DNA from: Octopus sinensis
Lineage: Eukaryota
Direction of reading: 5' to 3'
Length of the DNA: 64,000 bases
Assembly: GCF_006345805.1 (NCBI RefSeq)
Contig: NC_043008.1
Coordinates: 67,704,001-67,768,000 of the forward strand
Each line of letters starts with the position of its first letter. Position 1 is the first letter of the stretch. This document shows, piece by piece, positions 1 to 12,740 of the stretch. The notes beneath the pieces were generated by a model. That model was not told where the DNA came from. It made no database searches and worked only from the letters and a program-made list of their open reading frames with translations. The translations under genes and the position numbers were made by a program.

Positions 1-1071
1 AAAAGCCGGAAAAGCAGAAAAGTCACAGGTGAGATGAAAAGAAGGTGAGTTGAAAGTGAGATAGAATTACCAATTAATTTCTTAAAAATTAGAAAATATT
101 ACTTGGCTTCAGCGTCGTAATGAAACGTGACACACATTAAAGTGATATGGTGAAATAACCTGACGTAAGAAGAAAAGGGGATTGAAGGGAACAGAATTAT
201 ATTTCAAATTTCAAATACGAATAATGCAACATTTTAGTGTTATCCCTAACAGATATAATGCATCGAGTATGGTTATTTCTGCATTAGAACTGCAGTCCCA
301 GATGATCTATTTGTTAGATTCATATGCACTGATGGATAGAGGTGATAGGTAATATTACATGCTAAGAATTACGCTGACTCAGGTTGTTAGACATTATCTG
401 ACTCGTAGTGGAGATTCCTCCGAACTTTGTTTAAAAGGATGCAGTTTAAATTTTCTTTCATGCAGACAGACAGAGATCATGTCTGCTATCAGATTAAGAA
501 TATTGGCTGATAAGGTAATCTTTTTTCTTTCATTTTGTAAAAGAAGTATTATAAATCAACAATAGACTTTGTAGCTTGGAAAGGTTCTTTATTTCCCCTT
601 CTCCGGTATGTTTCTCTGAATGTATCCATATGTTGTGTGATTCAGTCCTTAAATGAATTTTCTGTCGACTCGATTCGTTTTTCTACACAGTTGTCCATAT
701 GAATAGTTGTTCTAGAAACATTTCTTATTGAAAGGCCAATAAGCCTTGACTCTACAGTTGCATTCATATGGGGATCGATGTGTGACGTGTCTAGATACTT
801 TGTTTAAATCTCAGTGTTGGCCAGACAGCAGTAACGAAGCTCAACAGTATTTCAATGAAATGCTTTGCTATATTTATGAGTGGAAGCGAAATAAATTCTT
901 AAGAGCACAGCCAAACGTCCACCACTACCATTACACATAGATACACTCTTTTGTCTTATCACGGAACTAATAAATCATGGACGCTGAGCATTTACTGTCC
1001 GATATTTGGACATTTGGAACATTGTGACTTGCACTTAATATTTTGCATATGATATCTGCATTTACGTTTCA

Positions 1072-1176
1072 CTAAACATTAGTTTGTGCTGCTACTTTGT
1101 CGAGGTTTATAGTTCCAATTGTAAAGCTTACTGGTACATTAGTGTTTGGTGCTCTGATTATGAATTTAAACTGGTA
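1072..1176 (-). CDS. Candidate terminal coding exon, product unknown
   Basis: Acceptor TTCTTTATATCATTCACGCAG| then phase-0 YQFKFIIRAPNTNVPVSFTIGTINLDKVAAQTNV*; the other two frames stop within 6 codons; about 1 kb of unique sequence follows (possible 3' UTR). Confidence 0.25.
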   Translation of the reverse strand, partial: YQFKFIIRAPNTNVPVSFTIGTINLDKVAAQTNV

Positions 1177-2308
1177 CTGCGTGAATGATATAAAGAACAT
1201 CAACAACAACTACACCACCACCACAATAACAACTACTACAACTACAACAACAGCGGCAATAACTGTAATAAAGACAAACCTTGAACAGCCTTAGGCATGT
1301 TCAAAAGAATTATTTCGTTAAAACCCATAGGTGGTCTTTAAGAGATTAAAAAGATGACTTTTAATCCTCGTAATCTTTTAATCTTTAATGTATTGAAGAG
1401 AAAAACTTGCAAATTTTATACTTACTGCATTGTCATTAGTTTCACTTGTATAAGTATGTCTGTGTTTGTACCTGTGTCTGTGTGTGCATGTACGTACGTA
1501 CACACGTTTGCATACATGCATATATAAAATATGATATATACATACACACACACACACACACACACACACGTCCCATTTTGTCTAAAAGTCGTAAGACACC
1601 TGCTGTTATCCTGTTTTTTAACCGTTACTGTTTTCAATTTTGTTTTCGTTTCTTGTATTTATATTCGTCTCTGTTGCGTTTACATTCTTTCCTTCTACCA
1701 AGAAATCTAATGCCCACAGCTTAGTTTTTTCCTTGGGGCTGGCCGAGTTAGAGCAAATCTCAGAATTAAACAGCCGAAATTTGCCATGATGATTCGGTTT
1801 CTGACTGAAGATTGAAGGCTTCGAATGACTTGTCCGTTTTCTGTGTTCGTCCCTTCGTGTATTTCACGTTCTTTATATATAAATTTTTATTATTCCTATA
1901 TATATATGTACATATATACATATATACATATACATATATATAATACACACACATATGTATATGATATGTGGCCTCTGGCGGCATAGGGAATGTGTTGGTT
2001 TATTCTTCGTTTCAGAAGAAATCGCCTCTAGTTTGTAAGTTCAAAATGTGAACTTTATGTACATAATTTGGAAAAGCTCAACTTTTCATAAAAAGCGGTT
2101 TGTACTGAGTTACAAAGTTTGAAATTAAAGTTGAAAACATTCCACGAAGTTAGCAACTTTGTTAGGCATTTTGTTTGAATAAATAAATTCATAGGAATGG
2201 CTATATGGACATCACGGCACTAAATAATGATTAATCTTTCAAGCAGCACCACTCTTTGCCTTATTAAAGGTACACACATATAATTACTTTGCTACATACA
2301 TACACATA

Positions 2309-3895
2309 GAACAGAATCTTGCCCTATACCATTGCTTTGTTGATTTGAGCAAAGCATTTGATAGTGTTTATCGAAATGCTGTGTGGCAAATTCTAAAGAA
2401 AATAGGTTGCCCAGAAAAAATTGATCGGGGCTTTGCATCAAGATATGAAAACTAGAGTTAATTTTGAATCTTTTGTCGTTAATTCTGAATCTTTTGTCGT
2501 GGAAAATGGAGTAAAGCAAGGAGACCTTGATGCACCCACCCTCTTTGCAATATACTTTGCTGTTGTGCTGTCGCACGCTTTTCAAATCTCCGAGGAAGGT
2601 ATTTACATAAATATCGAACAACAGAGAATGTTTTTAATCTGACCAGACTGAAATTTAAAACGAAGGTTTTTACTTCACTCATTAGGGATCTCTTATACGC
2701 TGATGGTTGCGATCTAGTCAGTTATTCTGAAACAGGTCTACAACCTTTGTATCTGCATTTGACTCAACTTGTGATGATGTTTGCTTAACCATCATCTTGA
2801 AAAAAAAAACAAAAACAAAACGATTGTAGTGTATCAACCTGCATGTGGTGTTGTTTGCAACCCCGCAAAAATTTTTAAGGGCAAGTTACTTAAAGTTGTT
2901 GATTCTTTCATCTACTTTGGACGCTCTGTACAAAATGACAGAAATCTGGACACAGCAGTACATCTGTGAATTCAAAGGACAGGACAAGCATTTGGTGGTT
3001 TGGAGTCACGCGTTTAGCACCAACGACATATAAATAACGACACAAAATTGGCTTTTTACAAATCGTTTGTCTTACCATCCCTGTTGTATTCTTCTGAAAC
3101 AGACTCATGATAGACATTTCAAATTGTTAGAACAATTTCACCAAAAATGCCTTCCTCGCATTTTAAACATTAAATGGAGTTCTTTTTACTCCAAACACAC
3201 ATGTCCTTGCATCTGCAGAAATCACTTCAATTAAAGCAATGATTCTGAAAAACCAAATGAGATGATCTGGCCATATTGTTCGAATGGCGGTTGAGTGCAC
3301 ACCCAAGCAGCTGTTTTATGGTGAGCTTGCAGGGAGGAAACGCTATCGGTGAAAACCTAAAAGTCACTTGGTATGGATCTAGGGGGCATAGAAACCTTTG
3401 CTTCGGATCAAGCTGGAAGGCGAACAAAAGTATGAAGTGGAGCGAAAGCGTTTGACGAGGCCAGGGTAACGTATGCAAGACTCAAGAGAGATTTAAAGAA
3501 GAATGTTGCGATCGAGAAGTTGAACCACAATGACCTTTTCGTGTGCACAATTTGTGACAGACCATGCCTTTCTTTTACTGGGCTAAAATCTCATTTGCGG
3601 ACCCATGAAAAAGAACCTCTACCAATTATTCTTCCTATGTATCTGTGCATACCTTTCAATGCCATGGATGCTATAAGGTCTGCAGATCTAACGTAGGGTT
3701 CAAAAGACGTTTTAAGATCCACAAAGATCAGAACTTAACAACAACTCTTGGTGGTCCAAATCAGATATGCAATCTATGTGGTATCTTTACAATACATTGT
3801 CTGGTTTAAAAAGCCACATCAGACGCCATGATGGTGCTAAGGTGTAAGTACAAGAGGTGGTCAGACTCTGCATAAGGAGTAGACAACAACCATGT
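2309..3895 (+). mobile_element. 5'-truncated, decayed RTE-clade LINE (RT domain to 3' end) with three C-terminal C2H2 zinc fingers
   Basis: Frameshifted RT motifs: CFVDLSKAFDSV (about 2335), NGVKQGDLDAPTLFAIY (about 2506), LLYADGCDLV (about 2690), LEQFHQKCLPRILNIKW, then CTICDRPCLSFTGLKSHLRTH and two more fingers; followed by an AT/TATG tail. Confidence 0.9.
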
Positions 3896-5543
3896 ATATA
3901 TATGTGCAGTATTTGGAATCGATGCAAGGGCAGATTTGTATGCTTTATTTTATATATGTATTGTCATGTATGTGTGCATGTGTGTATGTATGTATGTATG
4001 TATGTATGTATGTATGTATGTATGTATGTATGTATGTATGTATGTATGTATGTATGTATGTCGCCGACATGCTTGCTTAGTGAGGAGGGTGTTTATTGGA
4101 CACCCTGCGGGATGAAAAACAAAACCCGTCAAAGGGCGAAGGAAATCTTGAGAGTCAACGGCCATCCAATAAATGTCTTAAGGCTGTATCATGCGCGAGG
4201 ACATAGAAATAATCGGACTGAATACCCGATTGCGCGGTTAAACCATTGGGAGTGAAGGACTCCTAACCTTTTTTAGGGCATCCTTCTAGGAGAAGGTAAC
4301 TCAGGTAACTGGGATAATTCCGACATAAAACCTGCGGCTCAGTGGTTACCGATGATGTTGACTTGTTCTTCTTTTCGGATAATGGCTGCTGTTGCTTAGT
4401 GAGTGGGATTGACTCAGTGTACAGCCTTTCCTCACTTAAAAAAATATCTTCTTGCACAGGCATTGCATGTATGTATGTATGTATGTATGTATGTATGTAT
4501 GTATGTATGTATGTATGTATGTATAAGATGGTCAACTGGCAAAATCGTTAGATGGTCGGGTAGATTATTGAGGTAATTTTTCCGCCTCTTAGCGCTGTAA
4601 GTTCAACTATCGCGGAGGACGATAAATAAAGTACTGGTCTTATACAGAAATCAATTATCCTCTTTTTTTACTTTCTGTTTTTCTTTCTTTGTGTCTATCT
4701 GTTTCTCCTTCTGAAAGAAATTTGCTGGAGAAGGTCTACAAATAAAAATGTCCAAACTACGTTGCACATTACGACAGCACCTCTACGACTCCATTATGAG
4801 TTGAGGACCCAAGACAAGATGGCAAGGCATTTATGTATAAGGCAGAGAAATTCAACATCATTTCTAGAGTACACAGTGTTGCATTTCTGAATTTGATATA
4901 CATGTAAACGTATTTTACTGGGCCATTACATAGCTCTGTTGAATGGTTTATTGACATAGTTTTCCTTTCCTTTCTCAATACATATCCTTTATTTGCTTTT
5001 AGCAAACATGATACATTCCAAAAAACATATCTAACACTTTAGTATTGTTTTCCTTTCTGTTCGTCACGTGATAAATCGCATTTTATCACGTGATAGAATA
5101 TATCGTTGGCACTATCGTTTGCTACTTTTTCTCAGTTTGTCAATCTATCTACTTGTTTGCCTGTGTGTTTCCTCCTCTCTTCCTACCTTTCTTTCTAACT
5201 TTTCTCTCCTCTCTCTCCCTGTCTCTCTCTATCTTTCTTTCTCTCTATCTCTCTCCCCATTTTTCTCTCTCACTGGCAGCGTTTACATTTTTCTTTCTGT
5301 CTTTCTGATATGTCGCTTTTATACTTCAATTCTTCTCTCTCTTTCACGCCTTTCAATCGACACACTTTCTCAATAACTAAACGACAGACATGTAAAAACA
5401 TACATACGTATGTACATTTGTTTGTATAACACATACATACATGCATACATACATGCATGCATACATGCATACATACATACATACCTACATACATACATAC
5501 ATACATACATACATACATACATACACATACGTAATACATGCAA

Positions 5544-5578
<35 letters not shown>

Positions 5579-5658
5579 TGTATGTATATATGTATGTATG
5601 TATGTATATTTAGCTTAGTCATTGCGAAACTAATAACCTGGTGTAGACCTCTAGAACT

Positions 5659-5740
<82 letters not shown>

Positions 5741-6102
5741 TTCAGAACGAAGTATTAGACGAGTATATAGCGGTAATAAGAACAAGAAATGACACAGGAA
5801 AAACGATGGTTATGTTATGAACTTCATTTTTTCAGTCGGGAAGGGTTGCAAGATCTCTGAACTAATGGAAGGGTAGTGAGAGGAAGGTATCCTTAAACCG
5901 GAAACAGGACCCGAAAGCTTGCTACAAAGCAGACTTCGCTAGTGACACCTAAGATGCCAGATGCTTGGGTTAAATCGAGTGACTGGTCTAATCTACCACG
6001 GTGGTGTGATTTGAATTCAGGATGCACAATGCCGGAACATATATCGCAAGGTATCCAATTCGACGTTCTTATAGTTTTGCCAATTCTCCGCTCTGGACTG
6101 AA

Positions 6103-6145
<43 letters not shown>

Positions 6146-6419
6146 ACTTTCTTTTCTTATTTTTAAATTAACAACGAAAGGATGAAAAATAAAGTTGACT
6201 TTGCCGGGATTTAAACCTAGGACGTCGGATAGAACAAATTCCCCGAAGTCTTCTGTCTGCTGCTGTAACGACTCCGCATATCTGCTGCTTCTTTTTGGAA
6301 GTACTTAAAATAGATTTTTAAAGAGTATTGTTCCCGAAGCTTTCTTTTCCTAAGTAAATAATACACAGTGTAATGTTTGCAAGGGAGTTTATAATTCGTT
6401 AGATGCTTTACCTTTTATC

Positions 6420-6790
6420 TTTTAATTGATTCTGTTATGCGATTGCAGCCATGCTGGGCATTGCCATGAAGAAATTTTGCAAAAAGAGTCGACTTCAGTA
6501 TTTATATATTTTTAAAAACCTGGTACTTATTTTATCGGTCTTTTGCCGAACCGCTATGTTACGGCTGTGATGGGGGACAAACACAAAGACACACACACGC
6601 ATGTACATGCGCGCGCATACGCACACACACGCCTACACACACGAGGGCCTTGCTTTAGTTTCCGTCCACCAAGTTCACTCGGTAGACGGCCTGGGGCTAT
6701 AGTAGAAGACAATTGCTCAAGGTGCCACTGAGTGGGACTGAACCCGGAACTATTTGTTCGAGAAGCAAACTTCTTACCAAAACAGCCACC
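6420..6790 (-). mobile_element. Family B SINE (tRNA head + CORE-like domain), degenerate
   Basis: Reverse strand GGCTGTTTTGGTAAGAAGTTTGCTTC...GTGGCACCTTGAGCAATTGTCTTCTACTATAGCC, internal microsatellite, 3' part CGGTTCGGCAAAAGACCGATAAAATAAGTACC. Confidence 0.7.
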
Positions 6791-7099
6791 AGATTAAAAG
6801 TTTGATTCTTTATGTGATATTGTCAAAAAACTCAATAGTCTTTATTGGAAACTTGTTTCTATAATATATTCTTTCTAATTATGACACAAGAACAGCAGTT
6901 TGGAGGGAAAGAGGTAGTCCATTACATCGAAGCCAGTGTTCAAATGGTACTTGTTTTATCGACCACAAAACGATGAAAAGTAAAGTTGACTTCGGCGCCA
7001 TTTGAAATACTCGATAGAAATACCACCGAAGATGTAGCCCAGCACGGTAACAATTCTGCCAGTTACGTGTCCTTGTTTCTATAATATATTAATTCTGAA

Positions 7100-7960
7100 T
7101 AAGGTGGTGAGTTGGCAGAATTGTTAACACGCCGGGCAAAATGCTGAGCGGCACTTTGTCCGTCCTTCATCCTTTTCGGGGTCGATAAAATAAGTACTAG
7201 TTGAGCACTGGGATCAGTGTAATCGACTTACTCCTCCCGGATCTTTGTTGTTTTCATCAATGTTTACAATTTTGTTCCAGTTGTTTTTAAATTTGATATA
7301 TCGATTAAGTTTTGTATACTAATTATGAAAATGAAATTCATTTTCCCTATAAATCGATAATTAAAAAGTTATTAGCCTTTAAAATTTTCGAAATTTGGGT
7401 ATTTTAGCCAATCAGAAACGTGTATTTTACACATCATCATGGCGAAGAACTCTGTTTCCATAATAACCAAAGATGCTGTGCATGCGCACAAGGAGTGTAA
7501 TCAATAAGTTGAGAGTATCTGGGCATCTTTAAAGTGTGGAAACAAACGGCAGTGTAGGACACACTGTTCCATGATTGACTCTTTGTGAATTTATGCTGAG
7601 GAGGAGATTTGAGAAAGATAATTTATTTTATAAAATCCTCGAGTGCATTGCAAAGTTTCGTTCTTGAATTTTTTAAACTAATAAATGTTTGTTTTAAGCA
7701 ATGGTTTGACTGTTTACTTTACTCGTGTATAATGCGCTGTTTTCTGATTGGATGAAAATTCTGAAAATTATCAAACTGTGAACACCTGTAACATTTTTGC
7801 AAAATTTTTCTGAATAAATGAATAAAAAAATTTGAATTCAGCATCAAAAATTACATCTATATGATACATATTTTTTTTTTAATAATTGTAAACAGTGACG
7901 AAAACCACAAAGATCTCTCCTCCCCTAAAATTACCGGCCTTGTACCAAAATTTGAAATAA
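7100..7960 (+). mobile_element. Family A SINE (Meta-domain-like) split by the 678-bp MITE
   Basis: Head AAGGTGGTGAGTTGGCAGAA and core CCTTCATCCTTTTCGGGGTCGATAAAATAAGTAC before 7238; tail GGCCTTGTACCAAAATTTGAAA after 7924. Confidence 0.8.
7239..7916. mobile_element. Non-autonomous TIR DNA transposon (MITE, 678 bp) with 8-bp TSD, inserted in a SINE
   Basis: Ends GATCTTTGTTGTTTTCATCAATGTTTACAATT / AATTGTAAACAGTGACGAAAACCACAAAGATC (about 32-bp TIR, 3 mismatches); TSD CTCCTCCC at 7231-7238 and 7917-7924; the SINE resumes after the TSD. Confidence 0.85.
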
Positions 7961-8824
7961 GGCGGTGAGCTGGCAGAATTACTCAAATTCTGTCTCAGTC
8001 GACTTGCCTTTCATCCTTTCGGGGTCGTTCCCCAACATCTGCTGGCCTTGTTTCAATATTTGAAATCAATATATTGATTCTAAATAATATCTCTCTTTTG
8101 TTTTATTAATCGTCTCGATTCAAGATTATTATCTTTTGTCTTAAAAAATATATTTTTCGTAATAAGAAGAAATTAGAACGCACACTCATAGACAGTAAGT
8201 TTAAACCTGAAGGAAGCCGCTTCCTTTCTTTCAGGTTCACCCTTAGATGGCAATAAGATCCAATCCACGTAATATCATAAGTAATGAAATATACATAACC
8301 TTTATCTTCTTAGATCAGGAATTGTTAAGTCTATATCAAAGAACGAAAGTTGAATTGGCGTGTATATTCACAGCTGGATGAACATTTATACTTGTGTCGT
8401 CTATATCAGTGAAGTAACTAATGATTTAACATATGTTTTCATTAACTTAACTACAAGAAAACATTCCTGGAGATGCTATATTACATGGCATATTACGACG
8501 TTTAATGATAGCTCCATGAAAATATGAACTAATTATTCTACTCGGTTTTACTTTGAAATAGATTGTATGTTTTTAGAATATATAATTACATTAACTTGGC
8601 AACTGTTTTTAAGTGGAAATGTAACCTTTGGTATTATTTTATCTGTCTTTAAATCATCTCTACAAATTCGATGTTATGAAAAATATATTTAGCAATTTCG
8701 GGTCCTTAAAACTAAGCAATCGTTAAAGTAATATATGGTGAAATAACTATTATATGTAATTCGGTCTCGAATTAGATTTATTAATTCTTTTTTTTTTCCG
8801 AAATGTTTACCACTTTGTATTTAT

Positions 8825-9048
8825 TGGTAGATTCATTAGCGCGTCAGACTAAAACGTTTAGTGGCTTTTCTTCCGGCTCTTTAAGTTCTAAGTTCAAATT
8901 CTGCAGAGGTCGAGTTTGCCTTTCATCCCTTTCGGAGTCGATAAACTAAGTATCAAACCAGTTGCGCAGTGGGGTCGATTTAATCGACTTATCCTCCCCC
9001 CACTCCACTAAAACTGTCGATCTTGTGCCAAAATTAGAAAGAATCATT
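8825..9048 (+). mobile_element. Family A SINE, degenerate
   Basis: GAGGTCGAGTTTGCCTTTCATCCCTTTCGGAGTCGATAAA core plus the family tail. Confidence 0.75.
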
Positions 9049-10272
9049 TCTAAGGCCTCTGAAGAGACCGATCCCTTGGAGAGGGGTAAAAATACCATCT
9101 TGTAGATATTGATGTCGCAGAGGAATGCTGGACTTGACTTGATGGTGCTAATGCACTCTATATACAAGAATAGCTAACTGTAACAACACAAACAAAATGA
9201 ATTTCATTGGATTAGTTGATAGCTTCTGGTAAAAATAAAATGGTGTGAATATTCTTCCTATTCTTCGCATTGTCCTCTTTCTCATATTTAGTATTATTAT
9301 CATCTCCGTCTTGACTATTACTTCACCATTTTTATTTTTACATTTCACTTCTTGTTTCCTACGTATATAAGTAAAATATAGCGCTTGATCGTCGCACAAA
9401 CCAAGAGCACACTTGTTCATGCAAGTCTGTAGAAGTGCCAAGCCTTGTAATCCACCATAAATATTACGCACTTTTTTACGAGAAATCCATCACGCGAAAT
9501 GGCTTTAAAAATGCATGGTTACTCGAAACATTTGTAAACAGCAACAAAGATTTGCTAAAGTCATTTTTCGTCATCTTTATTGGATTATCTATTACTCTTA
9601 GTAAAACCAACACAATGGATTTGTCGGTGATGTGCTAGAACTTTCTACACCAATAGACTTTCAATTTTTCTCTACAGATGTATGTAATTCATACACACAT
9701 CATGTGTACACACACAAGTGCTCAACTGCTTTCTAGTTCATGATTTTCAAGATGGTATTTATGAAAACTGGCAGTATCTACTAGTTCATATTAAGGATAA
9801 TATTAGGTTATTGTAGTAATCTTGCCAGCAACCTCGTCTTGCCCAAAAACTATGCTGCGCATCATTTAAGAAAATAATTTCCTTCAGATAACTGATTAGT
9901 GTTTCCGAACAATCTAATCTATAATTATTATATACATAACAAGTTAATATTATTATATATACATAACTGGTTACGTAAAGAAATTAGAAACATAAAGGAA
10001 CCTATATCGAAACATGCGAGAAAACATTGGATGAGCTCCTAACAAAAATATCAGACCAGCCAACTATAAGAATTTACACTCAGCTGTAGATCAACTTCCA
10101 GTCATAAAGCTTCAGCAAAAATTTAGAAATAAACATAGTAATATGATGCTAATAAATATGAATAATAATAAGGCGGTGCTCCAGCATGATCGCAGTCCTG
10201 TGACTTAAACCACTAAAAGAATAAATGAAAAAAATGTATGTATGTATGTATTTAAGTATGTATGTATGTATA

Positions 10273-10505
10273 TATTCCTTTACTACCCACAAGGGACTAA
10301 ACATAGAGGGGACAAACAATGATAGACAAAGGAATTAAGACGATTACATCGTCCCCAGTGCGAAACTAGTACTTTATTTATCGACCCCGAAAGGATGACA
10401 GGTAAAGACGACCTCGGCGGAATTTGAACTCAGAACGTAACGACAGACGAAATACCGCTAAGCATTTCGCCCCGCGTGCTGACGTTTCTGCCAGCTCGCC
10501 GCCGT
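10273..10505 (-). mobile_element. Family A SINE, full length
   Basis: Reverse complement of the family consensus GGCGGCGAGCTGGCAGAAACGTCAGCACGCGGGGCGAAATGCTTAGCGG...TCATCCTTTCGGGGTCGATAAA...CCCTTGTGGGTAGTAAAGG. Confidence 0.9.
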
Positions 10506-11400
10506 ATGTATGTATGTATGTATGTATGTATGTATGTATGTATGTATGTAGTATGTATGTATGTATGTATGTAGTATGTATGTATGTATGTATGTATGCA
10601 AGTTTGTATGTATGTGTCTATGTATGTATTAAAGCGATTTAGCAGCTCGAAAAGAATGAAGACGCCAAAGTGTCAAGTTTACTTTTATTAACGCGTAAAA
10701 TGGCTGACAGCAGTCGTTTTGTCTAAATTACAGTGAATATATGTTACTTTTGATATCATGCTGAAGTGTTACGTTAGATCGGGAGTTATTTAGTCCATCA
10801 ACTAAATATAATTGAATAAGTGTGGTCTTAAATAACAAATGTCAAAACCTCTATGTGTTCCTGTCTATAGTGGAAAATATTTAACGATCAGATGCTGAGT
10901 ATACACTTACTTGTTTAAATCAAAACGATATAGAAGGGATGAGTTACAAAAATGGCATCGTTTTCTTTACGACGTGCATGCACGAAATTGGAGCCAAGCA
11001 TTAGGAAAGCGATACATGTTTTAAGAAGTGGACTGTGGCTTTCCTAGGTCGCCACTTTCAAGGGTTTTTTTAAGTGGATCATATAGATTCTGGTAACATA
11101 CTTTAATATCATACTTCATTTATTGTTATGTGTTTGTTGAAAGGGTGTAGAAAAGACAGCAGAGGACACGACCTTAACATTTTTGACTGATCTAAACATA
11201 GACACATACACACTAACATGCACACAAACTCACCCACGCGTATACACACACACAGACACATATATATATATCTGTAAATACAATATGATGACAATTGTCA
11301 CATATTACATTTACAGATAAATTCCTCTATTTACATAATATCGAGATCTCTTTCGTTCTTTTATCTAAACACTATATATATATATACATACATATATATG

Positions 11401-11465
<65 letters not shown>

Positions 11466-11555
11466 CATATATACATACATACATATATATGTATATATAT
11501 ATCTATATCTATATCTATATCTATCTATCTATCTAACTACACACACACACATATA

Positions 11556-11589
<34 letters not shown>

Positions 11590-11597
<8 letters not shown>

Positions 11598-12230
11598 CGA
11601 AAACAAAGTTGGGTACGCAAACAACGAGAGAAACAAATGGAAAACAAGACAAGTAATATAAAGAACAACCCTCCATCAGTTGTCGGCTGTCCATCTGCTC
11701 CACGTTTCGAGCATTGAACGACAATATGAGACTTCGAAGACGATTGCTCCCACAAAAACCAAAATAAAATTTGGGATTTTATGGAAGGCCAAAGTTGGTA
11801 ACAAAAACGGGACAGTGGAGAAATACAAGGAAACCGAACGAAAACAAGCATGGAGAGTCGTTAGACCTGACAAGGTAAAGTAGCGACCGCTGGAGAAATA
11901 TTGTCTTTGACAAGAGAAAAGATAGAAGAGGAGACAGATAGAAATACGTGCAGTCTGTACGACAGCACTTTAGGAAAAGAAAAATGATCACGAGAGGACA
12001 AGAAAGATGGATGATGGTCACGTGTGAGCAACGAAAGAGAGTAAAAGACAAAGGGGAGAGATATACAGACGCAGAGAAAACGGGGAAGGGGAGAAAAAAA
12101 GAAATTCAGAAAGTATGAGAGAGAAAACGAAAGGGTAGAGAGAACAGTAAAGGGTACGGTCGCATCAAAAATATAGTTAGATAAACTTATTTAGAAACGG
12201 ATGCCTGATGTTCAATCAAATAATGATATA
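11590..12230. mobile_element. Penelope-like terminal-repeat remnant (non-coding)
   Basis: Contains CCACGTTTCGAGCATTGAACGACAATATGAGACTTCGAAGACGATTGCTCCC, which I recall as a recurrent octopus repeat; the GCTCGAAACGT motif is shared with the 17.06-kb module. Class assignment is inference. Confidence 0.45.
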
Positions 12231-12456
12231 AAAAATATATATAAGAATATATACATACATATATGTACATACATACATATATATTTATGTATATATATAT
12301 ATGTGCATGTGCGTGTGCCTGTGTGTCTGTGTCTGTGTATGTATATATGTATATATCTATAAAGGTGCGGCTTTTGTGGATGCGAAACCATTAATCACTC
12401 TATGATCAGACTTTAACTTTAGTGCTTTAATATATATACAAACATACATACATACA

Positions 12457-12542
<86 letters not shown>

Positions 12543-12674
12543 TTCATATACTTCTATATATATATATATACATATGCATATATACATACATATATACATT
12601 TATGTATATATGTATGTATGTACGTATATGTATGTATATATACATATATACATATATATATATATATACATACA

Positions 12675-12708
<34 letters not shown>

Positions 12709-12740
12709 CATGTGTGTGTGTGTGTATACATACATAGATA

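Noticed and set aside
1800-1840. CTGAAGA..GAAT hammerhead-like string
   Set aside because: No GAAA/UH geometry and no stem I.
4066-4460. GC-richer segment with hairpins, possible LINE 5' UTR or HDV-like ribozyme
   Set aside because: Only simple hairpins are visible, with no nested double pseudoknot; the class cannot be supported.
9055-9100. CTGAAGAGACC hammerhead-like string
   Set aside because: GAAA is missing after the putative stem II and there is no stem I partner.
9098-9170. Possible minus-strand exon (ECISTIKSSPAFLCDINIYKM)
   Set aside because: The best acceptor gives stops in all frames, and the alternative acceptors are weak.
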